A DNA stretch of 64,000 nucleotides from Trueperaceae bacterium (GCA_035703635.1 DASSXV010000075.1:25103-89102), one strand, 5' to 3'. Counted from the stretch's first letter, positions 30,138-40,293 are shown. The notes: generated by a model not told the origin, from the sequence alone. Numbers and translations are program-made.

Positions 30138-30238
30138 GATCTGCCCTTTCGCTTGTGTGGTGGCCGCGCCGATGGCGCTACCCGAGAGATTGCTCGCCAG
30201 ACTGCCGGCAGGCGTGATCTTGTTTCCTGACATGGCGC

Positions 30239-31009
30239 TCAGCGGCCTTCGGCCGCATCGATGATCATGGCCGCCACCTCGTGTGGATGGGAGACCATGA
30301 CCGCGTGCGAGGCGCCGCTTATGACGCGAGTCTCGCGGGCGCTAGCTCTCTCGGCCATGAACGCCAGCACTTGCGCGGGGATGTTCAGGTCGTCAGAGCC
30401 GTATATGAAGTAGCTGGGGAGCGTCTTCCAAGCCGTCCCGACGGTCGGCTCCGCCAGCGCGGTCAGCGTTACTGGGCGCTGCGTTACGGCCATCAACTCT
30501 GCCTGCTCTACTGGCACATCGGCCGCGAACTGCTGCGGAAACTTATCTACCTGGATGAACAGATCCTGCCCGCCGTCAGCCAACTCGACCGGCTGCAGCG
30601 CCTCACCCAGCGTGCTCCCGGGGAACATGCTGCTGAGGGTCAGCGAGGACTCGCCGAGATCGGGGGCAAAGGCCGCCACGTACACCAGTGCGATCACGTT
30701 GGGCTGGCCAACGGCCGCCTCGGTGATGACCGGGCCACCGTACGAGTGACCGACGAGGACGACTGGGCCGGGAATCGAGCGCAGCACGGCGGCAACCGAA
30801 GCCGCGTCACTGGCAACGCTGCGGAGCTGGTTCGGGACGGCGATGGCAGTGTAGCCAGCCGCCTCGAGATCGCTGATGACGCCGTACCAGCCCGATGAGT
30901 CGGCGAAGGCGCCGTGCACCAGAACGATAGTCGGGGTTTGCTGGGCGAGGGCTTGGCCCGCAAGGCCCGCCGTGAGGGCGAGCGTCAGAGGGAGCAGTGT
31001 CTTAAGCAT
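30239..31009 (-). CDS. Secreted alpha/beta hydrolase
   Basis: Signal peptide ALA-Q; VLVHGAFAD, GHSYGG, DLNIP, ASH. Confidence 0.9.
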   Translation of the reverse strand: MLKTLLPLTLALTAGLAGQALAQQTPTIVLVHGAFADSSGWYGVISDLEAAGYTAIAVPNQLRSVASDAASVAAVLRSIPGPVVLVGHSYGGPVITEAAVGQPNVIALVYVAAFAPDLGESSLTLSSMFPGSTLGEALQPVELADGGQDLFIQVDKFPQQFAADVPVEQAELMAVTQRPVTLTALAEPTVGTAWKTLPSYFIYGSDDLNIPAQVLAFMAERASARETRVISGASHAVMVSHPHEVAAMIIDAAEGR

Positions 31010-31019
31010 GGTTGTCTCC

Positions 31020-31841
31020 TTACGACCGGATGAACGCCAGCAGGTCGGCATTGATCCGGTCCTGGTGGGTAACGGTGAGTCCGTGGGGGGCCTCGGGGTA
31101 GTAGATGGCCTTGACGCCCTGGATGATGCGCTCGGCCTTCTTTGCGGTGTCGTGGACCGGCACGATCTGGTCGTCCTCGCCGTGCATGAGTAACGTTGGG
31201 ACGTCGAAGCGCCGCAAGTCCTCCGTGAAGTCGGTCTCGGAGAACGCCTTGATGCACTCGTAGGCGTTCTTCAGGCCGACCTGCATGCACAGGCGCCAGA
31301 ACTGGTCGAGTACGCCCTGCGGGACGTTCGCGCCCGGGCGGTTGGCGCCGTAGAACTGCACGGCGAACTCTCGATAGAACGTGGTCCGGTCCTTGGCGAG
31401 CGCCGTACGCAGCCCGTCGAACACGTCTAGCGGGATCCCTTCAGGATTGGCGGCGGTCTGCAGCATGAGCGGCGGCACCGCTCCGATGAGTACGGCCTTG
31501 GCAAGGCGCGAGGTGCCGTGGCGGCCGATGTAACGTGCCACTTCACCCCCACCGGTGGAGTGCCCGACAAGCGTGACGTCTGTCAGGTCGAGCGCCTCGA
31601 TCAACTCAGCCAAGTCGTCGGCGTAGCCGTTCATGTCGTTGCGCGTCGAGGCTTGGCTCGAGCGGCCGTGACCGCGCCGATCATGTGCCACCGTGCGGTA
31701 GCCGTGTTGCGCTAAGAAGAGCAGTTGCCCGTCCCAGGCGTCGGAGTTGAGCGGCCAGCCGTGCGAGAACACCACTGCTGGGCCGTGACCCCAGTCCTTG
31801 TAGTAGAGCTCGGTGCCGTCCTTGGTCGTGATGAAGCTCAT
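31020..31841 (-). CDS. cpo: Non-heme chloroperoxidase/perhydrolase-type alpha/beta hydrolase
   Basis: [44 protein letters not shown]. Confidence 0.9.
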   Translation of the reverse strand: MSFITTKDGTELYYKDWGHGPAVVFSHGWPLNSDAWDGQLLFLAQHGYRTVAHDRRGHGRSSQASTRNDMNGYADDLAELIEALDLTDVTLVGHSTGGGEVARYIGRHGTSRLAKAVLIGAVPPLMLQTAANPEGIPLDVFDGLRTALAKDRTTFYREFAVQFYGANRPGANVPQGVLDQFWRLCMQVGLKNAYECIKAFSETDFTEDLRRFDVPTLLMHGEDDQIVPVHDTAKKAERIIQGVKAIYYPEAPHGLTVTHQDRINADLLAFIRS

Positions 31842-31946
31842 GGTTCCTTCCTCTCCAGCGACGACCGCTGCCTAGCCCGGGCGGCAGGTGATGGTCGTGC
31901 TGGGCAGAAGGTAGATCCTGCAGTGCAGGCGTCGCGTCCGTGAGAA

Positions 31947-32006
31947 TCCCCAGTCGGGTCCCTAGCCGGGTGCCTGGTGTGGCCCCTAGCCGAAACCCTG
32001 GGGACC
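31947..32006. repeat. Five degenerate 12-bp tandem repeats, a putative activator-binding array
   Basis: TCCCCAGTCGGG TCCCTAGCCGGG TGCCTGGTGTGG CCCCTAGCCGAA ACCCTGGGGACC. Confidence 0.6.
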
Positions 32007-32021
32007 GAAGTAGTCGCCGGG

Positions 32022-34790
32022 CTATTCGCCTGCCTTGAGTGCCCCAGCGAGCTCCCGGCGCGAGGAGATGTTCAGCTTGGCGAACACCTTGTGCAGGTGG
32101 TACTCGACGGTACGCGGGCTGAGGTAGAGCTGGCTGCCGATTTCAGGGTTGGTGTGCCGTTCGGCCGCCAGGCGCGCGACCTGTAGCTCTTGAGGAGTGA
32201 GGAGGTCGCGCGTGTTTTGCGAGCGCTTGTGCACCGTCTCACCAGTGGCGATGAGCTCACGCCGAGCACGTTCCGCGAACGCCTCGGCGCCGAAACCACC
32301 GAACATCTGGTAGGCAATCCGCAGGTGCTCACGCGCGTCCTGCCGCCGGTTCTCGCGCCGCAGCCACTCGCCGTAGGTGAGGTGGGCCCGAGCTTCGTGG
32401 ATGGCGATGCCACTGCGCTCAAGGAGGTTGATGGCCGACTGGTAGAAGCCTTCGGCCTCCCGCCCCACTGCCAAGAGTGCCTGGGAGCTCGCGGCGACAC
32501 CCTGCGCCCAGTCGGTGCCCGCCGGGTCGGTGCGTAGTCGCAATCGTGTCAGCGCTTCGGCAGCCACTTCGTGCGCACCGGTCCGGACGGCGGCCTCCAC
32601 CAACTCGACTAGCGAGAAGCCGCACAGCTCGAGGTCGTCGTGTTCGGCGCCTACGCGGGCAGCGTCCAGCGCCAGGTCGTTGCGGCCAAGCGCGTTGTAG
32701 AGCACCGCCGTCGTGTAACCCGCGAGGCCGATGACGCGACCCTCACCATTAGCGGTCGCTATGGCCACCCGAGACTCGATGAGCGGCTTGGCGCTCGCCT
32801 CGTCTCCGCGCCAGGCCGCCAGCACTAGCGAGCAGTAGCGCAGCGGCTCGTTGCCCGTAACCTCGCTGATCGAATCGGACTCTTGGATCAGCGCGCCGGC
32901 GGAAGCGAAGTCACCGGCATGAAGCGCAGCCGCGGCACTGCCTTCTAGGCACACGGGCAAGAAGTTAAGGGCCCCCGCCTCGCGCGCCAGCGCGGTAGCA
33001 CGCTCGGCCAGAACCCTCCACCAGTGACTGTCCCAAAGGTCGCCGGCCAGGAACCAGGCCAACCACAGCCAACGCGTCGTGTCCTCGTCGCTACGGTCAG
33101 CGTTCTCGCAACCCGCCAGGGACTCCCTTAAAAGCGGTACGGCGGCGGCGTGCCCCTCGGTGAACCTAGTAGCCAGACCTCTTAGTAGCAGGTCCACTGG
33201 TCTCGGATTGCTGCCATGTTGCGGTAGCGCCAAGACGGCCTTTGCCACCGCCTGCAGTCCATGGGCATCGTCAAAGCGACCTGTGAAAAGCGCTGCAGCA
33301 AACGCCTCTAAGTAGGTCTCACGCGCCAGCGCGCTGTTCAAAGGTTCGAGCCTAGCGCCTGCCTCCAGCAGCAACGACGACGCCTCGGGCCCCCGCCGAC
33401 TGGCGAAGTCGATCTGGGCGTGAAGGCGCTGCAGACGGGCCCGTTGCATGTCGTCGAGTGGCCCGGCTTCGGCGGCGCCGAGCAGCCGGTCGGCCGCCTC
33501 TGGCGCGCCCGCCTCGTAGGTCGCACGTGCGGCTGCCAGGGCCCGCGCGGCCCGGCGCCCAGGGCTCGGCGTCAGCTCTGTCGCGCGTTTGAGGAAGGCC
33601 GCGGCAGCCGCGTTACCGCCGCGTTTCTTGGCGCGCTCGGCCGAGCGCTCGAGCGCGGCGGCAACTTCCTCCTCAGGTGCGGAGATGGCATGCGCCAGGT
33701 GCCACGCGCGCCTGTCGGGATCGGCAACCGGGTCGGTCGCCGCCGCCAGGGCACGGTGTATCTCGGAACGCTCGGTTGCGTCCGCCGACCGGTAGACGGC
33801 CGAACGCACCAACGGGTGACAGAAGCGCACACTCACACCCACTTCGATCAACCCCTCGGCCGTAGCTGCGGCCGCGGCGCTCGGACCAACTCCTAGAGCG
33901 GCCGCCGCGCGCCATAGCAACGCGGCGTCACCAACCGACTCGGCCGCAGCAAGCAGCAACAGTCGCTGGCTATCCACCGGCAGTCGCTGCACGCGCTGGA
34001 GAAAGCTCTGCTCTATCCAACCCGACAAAGGAGCGGCCACCGGCGGAGCGAACCCACCAGCTAGCGCAGCCACCGAGGTACTGCGAGGTAGCTCCAGGAG
34101 CGCCAAGGGATTGCCGCGCGTCTCGGAAATGAAGCGGTTACGGACATGTTCGTCTACCCGGCCGGGCACGACCGCGTCGAAGAGCGCCCTCGCGTCAGTG
34201 ACACTGAGTCCCTCAACCGCCAGGCGCGGAAGGCCGTCGAACACCGCCACCCGATGCGGTTCGCGTACAGCGAACACCATGGCGATCGGTTCGGCCAGCA
34301 GGCGCCGCGCGACGAAGGCGAGTAGTTGTGCCGAAGTGCTGTCGAACCACTGGGCGTCGTCGAGGATGCATATCAGAGGCCGTTCGGTCGCCGCCTCTGA
34401 CATGAGACTCAGGACGGCCAGCCCCACCAGGAACTTGTTCCCGACCTCGCCGGCAACGAGCCCAAAGGCGATGCCCAGGGCCTCGCGTTGCGGGCCAGGC
34501 AGCGCCGGCAAGTGGGCCAATAGTGGCGTACAGAACTGGTGAAGGCCGGCGTAAGGAAGCTCCATCTCCGACTCGACACCGGTGGAGCGGATAACCGTGC
34601 AATCACCGGCCTTGCTGGCGAGGTAGTCGAGGAGAGTCGACTTGCCCACCCCCGCTACGCCGTGCAGCAACAATGCGGCACCATCGTTGGCGCGTGTCGA
34701 GGAGAGGAGGTCGTCGAGCATCTCGCACTCGCGTTGACGGCCCAACAACTTTGGGTTGTGAGTACCGTGTTCGGAAGCGCTCATGACCAT
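32022..34790 (-). CDS. Large ATP-binding LuxR (LAL) family regulator
   Basis: LLGRQRE, GVAGVGKS, LDDAQWFD, GNPLALLE; C-terminal LTPQE...HTNPEIGSQLYLSPRTVEYHL. Confidence 0.93.
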   Translation of the reverse strand: MVMSASEHGTHNPKLLGRQRECEMLDDLLSSTRANDGAALLLHGVAGVGKSTLLDYLASKAGDCTVIRSTGVESEMELPYAGLHQFCTPLLAHLPALPGPQREALGIAFGLVAGEVGNKFLVGLAVLSLMSEAATERPLICILDDAQWFDSTSAQLLAFVARRLLAEPIAMVFAVREPHRVAVFDGLPRLAVEGLSVTDARALFDAVVPGRVDEHVRNRFISETRGNPLALLELPRSTSVAALAGGFAPPVAAPLSGWIEQSFLQRVQRLPVDSQRLLLLAAAESVGDAALLWRAAAALGVGPSAAAAATAEGLIEVGVSVRFCHPLVRSAVYRSADATERSEIHRALAAATDPVADPDRRAWHLAHAISAPEEEVAAALERSAERAKKRGGNAAAAAFLKRATELTPSPGRRAARALAAARATYEAGAPEAADRLLGAAEAGPLDDMQRARLQRLHAQIDFASRRGPEASSLLLEAGARLEPLNSALARETYLEAFAAALFTGRFDDAHGLQAVAKAVLALPQHGSNPRPVDLLLRGLATRFTEGHAAAVPLLRESLAGCENADRSDEDTTRWLWLAWFLAGDLWDSHWWRVLAERATALAREAGALNFLPVCLEGSAAAALHAGDFASAGALIQESDSISEVTGNEPLRYCSLVLAAWRGDEASAKPLIESRVAIATANGEGRVIGLAGYTTAVLYNALGRNDLALDAARVGAEHDDLELCGFSLVELVEAAVRTGAHEVAAEALTRLRLRTDPAGTDWAQGVAASSQALLAVGREAEGFYQSAINLLERSGIAIHEARAHLTYGEWLRRENRRQDAREHLRIAYQMFGGFGAEAFAERARRELIATGETVHKRSQNTRDLLTPQELQVARLAAERHTNPEIGSQLYLSPRTVEYHLHKVFAKLNISSRRELAGALKAGE

Positions 34791-35009
34791 CTCCCGCGCT
34801 GCAGGTCGTCAGTACGAAGTCCACTTTGACCGCCCTACACTAGTCCTCTGCCGCTAGGTTCTACCTCCTCGCAAGTCAGTAGCAACCGCATGGCCGAAGC
34901 TCTCACTACCCCAGCATCATATAGGAGGCGCAGGTAACAATATTGACCGGTACCACTCGGTATGCGCAGTTTTGGCGTCTATGAAGCTCGTGTCTGTTGC
35001 TCTACGACT

Positions 35010-35324
35010 CTATCGAGCCAGGTGGGAGCTACTTTCGGGCCGCGAAGGGCCTTCGGAGCGCGATCGTGCGGTTCTCACCCAAGGGTCCGTACCGCCAAAG
35101 CCAGCGGCTAACTCGTCGAGCTCCACTGCCCAGTCCTCGGCCAGTGTCGTAGCCAGCAGCAAGACTCGGAACCGCATCGGGGTCACCGTTGCCGCCGGAG
35201 CCGGAGGCACGAGCCTAGCGATGTCACGGTTGTGGCGCGTAACAATGCACGACTCGCCCTGCTCGACTTCAGACAACGTCTGAGTAAGGTTCCGGCGCAA
35301 CGCCACGACGGGAACCGTCTTCAT
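35010..35324 (-). CDS. Phd/YefM family antitoxin, apparently orphan
   Basis: MKTVPVVALRRNLTQTLSEVEQGESCIVTRHNRDIARLVP. No toxin ORF recognised downstream. Confidence 0.7.
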   Translation of the reverse strand: MKTVPVVALRRNLTQTLSEVEQGESCIVTRHNRDIARLVPPAPAATVTPMRFRVLLLATTLAEDWAVELDELAAGFGGTDPWVRTARSRSEGPSRPESSSHLAR

Positions 35325-35374
35325 GGATTGGTTGTGTCACGTGTCGGGCAGTTTCACAGACCCGGCACGCCGCC

Positions 35375-36232
35375 CTACCTCCCCCGCCGCATCCTCGGAT
35401 CGATCAGGTCCCGCAAGCCGTCCCCAAGAAAGTTGAACCCGAACACGGCCAGCATGATGCAGCCGCCAGGAAATATCGTGAGGTGCGGGTACTGCTCGAG
35501 GTACGTCTTGCCCGAGTTGAGCATGGCGCCCCAGGACGGCTCTGGCGGTTGAATGCCGAGGCCGACGAAGCTGAGGCCCGCCTCCGCGAGCATGGCGTAG
35601 GCCACGGTCACGGTGAGTTGCACGGTTATGGGCGACAAGATGTTGGGCAGCACGTGCCGCAGCGCCACGCGCGTGCCGCGGTTGCCGATGGCGGTGGCGG
35701 CCTCCACGAACTGCTCCTCACGAACGGCCAGCGTTGCCGCGCGCGCAACCCGCGCGAACTGCGGCATGTAGATGACCCCTAACGCGATGACGATGTTCCG
35801 CAGGTCGGTGCCGAGGACGATGACGAGCGTCAGGGCGAGGAGGATGGCGGGGAACGCGAAGAACACGTCCATGACGCGCATGAGCACCGTGTCGGTGCGG
35901 CCGCCCGTCAGACCGGCGATGAGCCCTACGCTGACGCCGAGCAGGCCGGCGAGCAGCGCGGAGCCGATGCCAACGCCTAACGAGGCCCGCGCACCGTAGA
36001 TCACGCGGCTGAGCATGTCGCGGCCAAGCTCGTCTGTACCGAACCAGTGCTGCCAACTCGGGCCCTGAAGGGTGGCGGAGAAGTTCATCTGGTTGGCGCC
36101 GTACGGGCTCACCCAGGCGGCGAACACCGCCACCGCCACCACGAGTAGCACGACGGCGGCGCCGACCACGGTCGTCGGGTCCGCCAGTGCCCTACCCACT
36201 ACTCCGCGGCGGCGCCCACGAACGCGCTTCAT
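35375..36232 (-). CDS. Peptide ABC permease (DppC-like)
   Basis: HWFGTDELGRD, HVLPN, PSWGAML, GDGLRD. Confidence 0.93.
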   Translation of the reverse strand: MKRVRGRRRGVVGRALADPTTVVGAAVVLLVVAVAVFAAWVSPYGANQMNFSATLQGPSWQHWFGTDELGRDMLSRVIYGARASLGVGIGSALLAGLLGVSVGLIAGLTGGRTDTVLMRVMDVFFAFPAILLALTLVIVLGTDLRNIVIALGVIYMPQFARVARAATLAVREEQFVEAATAIGNRGTRVALRHVLPNILSPITVQLTVTVAYAMLAEAGLSFVGLGIQPPEPSWGAMLNSGKTYLEQYPHLTIFPGGCIMLAVFGFNFLGDGLRDLIDPRMRRGR

Positions 36233-37173
36233 CACTCGAACCTGATCTTGGGGTCGAGCCAGGCGTACGCCAGGTCGACGAGTAGGTTGATGAGCACGTA
36301 GAACGCGGCCACCACCACGACGATGGTCTGGATCACGGGGTAATCGCGCTCGTAGATCGCCTGCAGGGCGTAACGCCCCATGCCCGGCCAGGCGAACACG
36401 TCCTCGATGATCACGGTGCCCCCGATGAGGGCGCCGATCTGGATACCGACCACGGTAGTAACGGGCAGCAGCGCATTGCGCAGCGCGTGGCGCAGCAGCA
36501 CCGCGGTCGGCCCGAGGCCCTTGCCGGTGGCGGTGCGCACGTAATCGAGGCGCAGAACGTCGAGCAGGGACGAGCGCACGTAACGCGCGATCACCGCCGC
36601 CATGCCCACCGCCAGCGTGAGTGCAGGCAGGGCCACATGGCGTAGGTGCTGAATGGGATCAAGAAGCAAAGACGCGTAGCCGGTAGCTGGCAACCAGCGC
36701 AGCTTGAGCGCGAACCACAAGATAAGGAGGAGCGCCAACCAGAAGTTGGGCACGGAGAGCCCGAGGATGGAGGCCACCCGGGCGAGGAAGTCGGTGCCGC
36801 GCCCGCGCCACAGGACGGCCAAGATGCCGAGCGGCACGCCCAAGAGCAGCGCCAACAAGGTGGCGGCGAACGTCAGCTCGAGCGTGGCGGGCAGCCGCTG
36901 CCCGATGGTCTCCAGCACGCTGCGCCCCGTCACCATCGAGACCCCGAAGTCGAGCGTCGCCACCTTCACGAGCCACTCCCCCAACTGCACCAGCACGGGC
37001 CGGTCGAGCCCGTGCTGGTCGCGGAACTGTTGAATCAGTTCGGGGGTGGCGTCGGTGCCGAGGCGCGCCATCATGGCGTCGCCCGGGATCAGCTTCATGA
37101 TGAGGAACACGGCAACGGTGATGCCGAGCAGCACCGGGAGGGTGAGCAGCAGGCGGCGCAGGACGTAGCTCAT
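36232..37173 (-). CDS. Peptide ABC permease (DppB-like)
   Basis: GLDRP, DYVRTATGKGL, HALRNAL, VFAWPGMG. Confidence 0.93.
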   Translation of the reverse strand: MSYVLRRLLLTLPVLLGITVAVFLIMKLIPGDAMMARLGTDATPELIQQFRDQHGLDRPVLVQLGEWLVKVATLDFGVSMVTGRSVLETIGQRLPATLELTFAATLLALLLGVPLGILAVLWRGRGTDFLARVASILGLSVPNFWLALLLILWFALKLRWLPATGYASLLLDPIQHLRHVALPALTLAVGMAAVIARYVRSSLLDVLRLDYVRTATGKGLGPTAVLLRHALRNALLPVTTVVGIQIGALIGGTVIIEDVFAWPGMGRYALQAIYERDYPVIQTIVVVVAAFYVLINLLVDLAYAWLDPKIRFE

Positions 37174-37194
37174 GGGCTGCGCCGCCTGCCAGGC

Positions 37195-38754
37195 TTACTT
37201 CTCGACCCAGGTCGTGATGAGGGCCGACAGGTCGAGGGTCATGTGGTGGTAGAAGCCCTTGACGTAGGCCTGGTGGGCTTCCGACTGCTTCTGGTTCCAG
37301 ATGAACACCTGTGGCGCTTCCTCGACGAGGATGCTCTGGAGTTCGTCGTAGATGGCCTTGCGTTCACCGCGGTCGGTGACGCGCAGCCCGTCGGCGAGGA
37401 GTTGGTCGACCACGGGGTTCACGTAACCCATGACGTTGCGGCCGCCGCCCTCGCGGAAGGCTTCGAAGAGGTAGTCGTGAGGGTCGATGTTGCCCCCGAA
37501 GCCCTGCAGCGTGGCGTCGTAGGTGCCGCCGGTGACGGCGCCCCAGTAGGTGGCCCAGTCGCCTTGTTGGTCGATGGTCACCTTGATGTTGAGTTCCGCG
37601 AGGCTCGCCTGGATGATCTGCGCCGCGCGCACCGCGAACTGCTGCGGCGACCACACGCGCAGCGTGAACGAGAAGCCGCCAGCGTAGCCGGATTCGGCCA
37701 TGAGCTCCTTGGCGCGCTGCATGTTGCTGCCGCTGAACACGGGGGCCAGCGCCGCCCAGTGCCACTCGGCCAACGAGCCGCCCAAGAGCGGGAAGCCCTC
37801 ATCGTCGAGGCTCACGCGGGCAAGCAGCTCGCGGTCGAGGGCGTAGGAGATCGCCTGGCGCACCTTGAGGTCGTCGAACGGCGCCTGCCGCACGTTCATG
37901 ATGAAGGAGAACCACTGACCAGAGGAGCCGTCGCCTTCGGGGATGACCACGTTGGGGTCTTGCCTGAGGAGGCTGATGTAGTTGTCGGTCACGTGGGTGA
38001 TGAGGTCGAGGTCGCCCGTGCGCACGGCGGTGTTGCGCGCCTGGTTGTCGGCAACCGTCGTGAACACGATGCTGTCTAGGTACGGCAGTCCGTCCACGAA
38101 GTAGTCGGGGTTCTTCTCGATGAGGATGCTGTTGTCCGCCTGCACCCCGCGCAAGATGAACGGTCCGGAGCCTGCGGCGTGCTGGCTGAGGTCGCCGAAC
38201 TCCTCGACCCCCTCATGCGCCACGATGCTAGCCGCGGCCTGCGTCAGCTGCGTGAGCATGACGGCGTTCGGGCGCGCCAGCGTGAGCACCACGGTGTAGT
38301 CGTCAGGCGTGTCTATCGCGGAGATGTCGCTGTAGTTGGCGCGGCGTGAGGCGCCCGTTTCTGGGTTCAGGAGGCGCTCGAAGGAGTAGCGCACGTCGGC
38401 TGAGGTGAGCTCGCGCCCGTTCTGGAACTTGACGCCCTGCACGAGGTGGAACGTGTAGACGAGACCGTCGTCCGAGATCTCCCACGAGCTTGCCAACTCG
38501 GGGACGACGTTCAGGTCGGCATCGAGGTCAACGAGAGTGCTGTAAACGAGCTTGATGATCCAGTAGTCGGGCCCGTGAACGATGCCCTTGTGCGGGTCTA
38601 GGGTGCCGCCTGAATAGTTCCAGCCCACCTTCAGCTGGCCCCCCGGCACGGGCGTCGATTGCGCGCTTGCAACTGGCATGAGCTGCAGCGCTACGGCCAA
38701 CAAGCCGGCCGCTAGCGTGTAGAGGTACTTCTGCTTGGTCCTAGGGGTTGCCAT
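37195..38754 (-). CDS. Peptide ABC substrate-binding protein (family 5)
   Basis: PELASSWE, GVKFQNG, GSGPF, PFDDLKVRQAISYALDR. AAGGAG before ATG 38754. Confidence 0.92.
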   Translation of the reverse strand: MATPRTKQKYLYTLAAGLLAVALQLMPVASAQSTPVPGGQLKVGWNYSGGTLDPHKGIVHGPDYWIIKLVYSTLVDLDADLNVVPELASSWEISDDGLVYTFHLVQGVKFQNGRELTSADVRYSFERLLNPETGASRRANYSDISAIDTPDDYTVVLTLARPNAVMLTQLTQAAASIVAHEGVEEFGDLSQHAAGSGPFILRGVQADNSILIEKNPDYFVDGLPYLDSIVFTTVADNQARNTAVRTGDLDLITHVTDNYISLLRQDPNVVIPEGDGSSGQWFSFIMNVRQAPFDDLKVRQAISYALDRELLARVSLDDEGFPLLGGSLAEWHWAALAPVFSGSNMQRAKELMAESGYAGGFSFTLRVWSPQQFAVRAAQIIQASLAELNIKVTIDQQGDWATYWGAVTGGTYDATLQGFGGNIDPHDYLFEAFREGGGRNVMGYVNPVVDQLLADGLRVTDRGERKAIYDELQSILVEEAPQVFIWNQKQSEAHQAYVKGFYHHMTLDLSALITTWVEK

Positions 38755-38835
38755 TCGTTGCTCCTTCGGGGGTACGTGCTGTTGCAACGCGGGCCGCAGT
38801 CGCGATGGCCTGCGGTCCCGGCCGTGCCAAGTGGA

Positions 38836-39306
38836 TCAGGTGGGTGACTGCTCGGGGTCGAGGCTCGGCTTGGCCGCCTCGTACTCCGCCAGCACGCGGT
38901 TCGCGACGTCCTCCGGGAAACCCCAGGCTTTCAGCCCGGCAGGTACGTGTGCCCAGTAGAAGTCGGGCGGCCGCACGTGCTCGGACGGTGCCGAGAGGCG
39001 CAGCGTCCAGCAGTCGTAAGTCTTGCCGTCCTCGCCGTAGACCGTGAGGAAGTAGCGCTCGAAACCTTCGTAGTCCACGTCGAAGTCTTCCGCCGGGTGC
39101 GCGAACACCACTCCGTGAGCTTCGACCCCTAGCGCCTCTGGGCCGTTGTTGATGTGGCACCAGCCGCGGTCGGTCCTGCCTACTTGGCCGCGGAACTCGA
39201 CCTTGCTGTTCGCCACGTAACCCTTGGTGACGGCCCGCCCGCGCGGAAGGTAGTGCTTCTGCTCGGCTTCATCGAGGTACGTGCAGTATCCGAAGTAGTG
39301 CATCAT
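38836..39306 (-). CDS. Gamma-glutamylcyclotransferase (GGCT/AIG2-like) family protein
   Basis: YFGYCTYL (variant of YFAYGSNL), HGVVF, DVDYEG, PPDFY...GL. Confidence 0.7.
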   Translation of the reverse strand: MMHYFGYCTYLDEAEQKHYLPRGRAVTKGYVANSKVEFRGQVGRTDRGWCHINNGPEALGVEAHGVVFAHPAEDFDVDYEGFERYFLTVYGEDGKTYDCWTLRLSAPSEHVRPPDFYWAHVPAGLKAWGFPEDVANRVLAEYEAAKPSLDPEQSPT

Positions 39307-39400
39307 GGCTGGCGTCGCCCCCCATTCGCACGGTTCGCTCTTGTCGTGACTGGCATCGCTGGTACTCCCTTTCGTCTGGTGGCTGTCCGCGTGACAGGGC

Positions 39401-40090
39401 TCATGCCGGCTGTTCTGGCGGCACCAGGTGCTTCGCCGAACTGGCTATGACTCGCATGACGGCCTCCTTGGCCTTGACAACATCGCGCGCTTCGAGCGCC
39501 TCGAGGACCTGACCGTGCTCCTCTATCACGGCCAGCGAGAACGGCGTGGCGTGGATCTGGTTGGAGATGAGGTTCACGACGCTACGGATAAGGTGCGCCA
39601 TCACGTCGTTGTGGGCCGCTTCGGCTATGCCGAGGTGGAACGCCAGGTCTGCGCGCTCGAGGGCCGCCATGTCACCAGCGGCGGCTGCGGCCTGCATGTC
39701 CTCGAACGCACTGCGGATGGCGGCCAGGTCGCCCTGGCTGCCGCGGCGGCAGGCCATCTCGATCACCGCGGTGTCCAGGTACTGCCTTGCCTCCAGCAGG
39801 TCACGCAGCTCTTGGGTGCTGGCCAGTGGCGCTACCGCGGCGTAGCGGCCCGCCACTCCGTCGAACGACTCGCTGACGAAAGTACCGCGCCCGGGTTGCA
39901 TCTGGACGAGCCCAAGGGCGGTCAACGACTGCAGGGACTCCCTCACAGACGAGACGCCGACGCCAAGTTGCTTCGCCAGTTCTCTCTGCGAGGGGAGCTG
40001 GTCGCCGAGCCCGAGTTCGCCCCGCGCGATCAACTCGATGATGCGGTCCGCGATCGCCTGAGGTACGTTCGCGCGCTGAATGGGCTCCAC
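39401..40090 (-). CDS. GntR family (FadR/FCD) regulator
   Basis: GDQLPSQRELAKQLGVGVSSVRE...PGRGTFV; DLAFH, AAHN, EH. Confidence 0.92.
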   Translation of the reverse strand: MEPIQRANVPQAIADRIIELIARGELGLGDQLPSQRELAKQLGVGVSSVRESLQSLTALGLVQMQPGRGTFVSESFDGVAGRYAAVAPLASTQELRDLLEARQYLDTAVIEMACRRGSQGDLAAIRSAFEDMQAAAAAGDMAALERADLAFHLGIAEAAHNDVMAHLIRSVVNLISNQIHATPFSLAVIEEHGQVLEALEARDVVKAKEAVMRVIASSAKHLVPPEQPA

Positions 40091-40165
40091 GAGCTATCTC
40101 CTCTTGTGGCCTCGGCCTCCGGTTACGGCGGCGCTGGTTCTTAGACTGCTGTGCAGGATATCAGG

Positions 40166-40176
40166 TGTTCTGAACA
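40166..40176. promoter_or_regulatory. Putative GntR operator
   Basis: Palindrome TGTTC-T-GAACA upstream of the GntR gene. Confidence 0.45.
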
Positions 40177-40293
40177 GTTTGCAACCTGGACATCGAGGTG
40201 GGACTTTAGCCCCTCACGCTCACCCTCCCTGCCGGAGCAAGGTTGAGTGGTGCAGTCGCCCACATCAGGCATGCCAACCCCGGAGGCCGCCAC

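Noticed and set aside
31020-31841. Halogenated natural product pathway
   Set aside because: Non-heme chloroperoxidases are generally esterases/perhydrolases, and there is no biosynthetic context.
31947-32006. Mini-CRISPR array
   Set aside because: The units are 12 bp, degenerate and have no spacers, and no cas genes are present.
36646-38079. Long antisense ORFs (this 477-aa one, 21217-22179, 60995-61846 and others)
   Set aside because: They are shadow frames of well-supported genes, expected at high GC, and carry no recognisable motifs.
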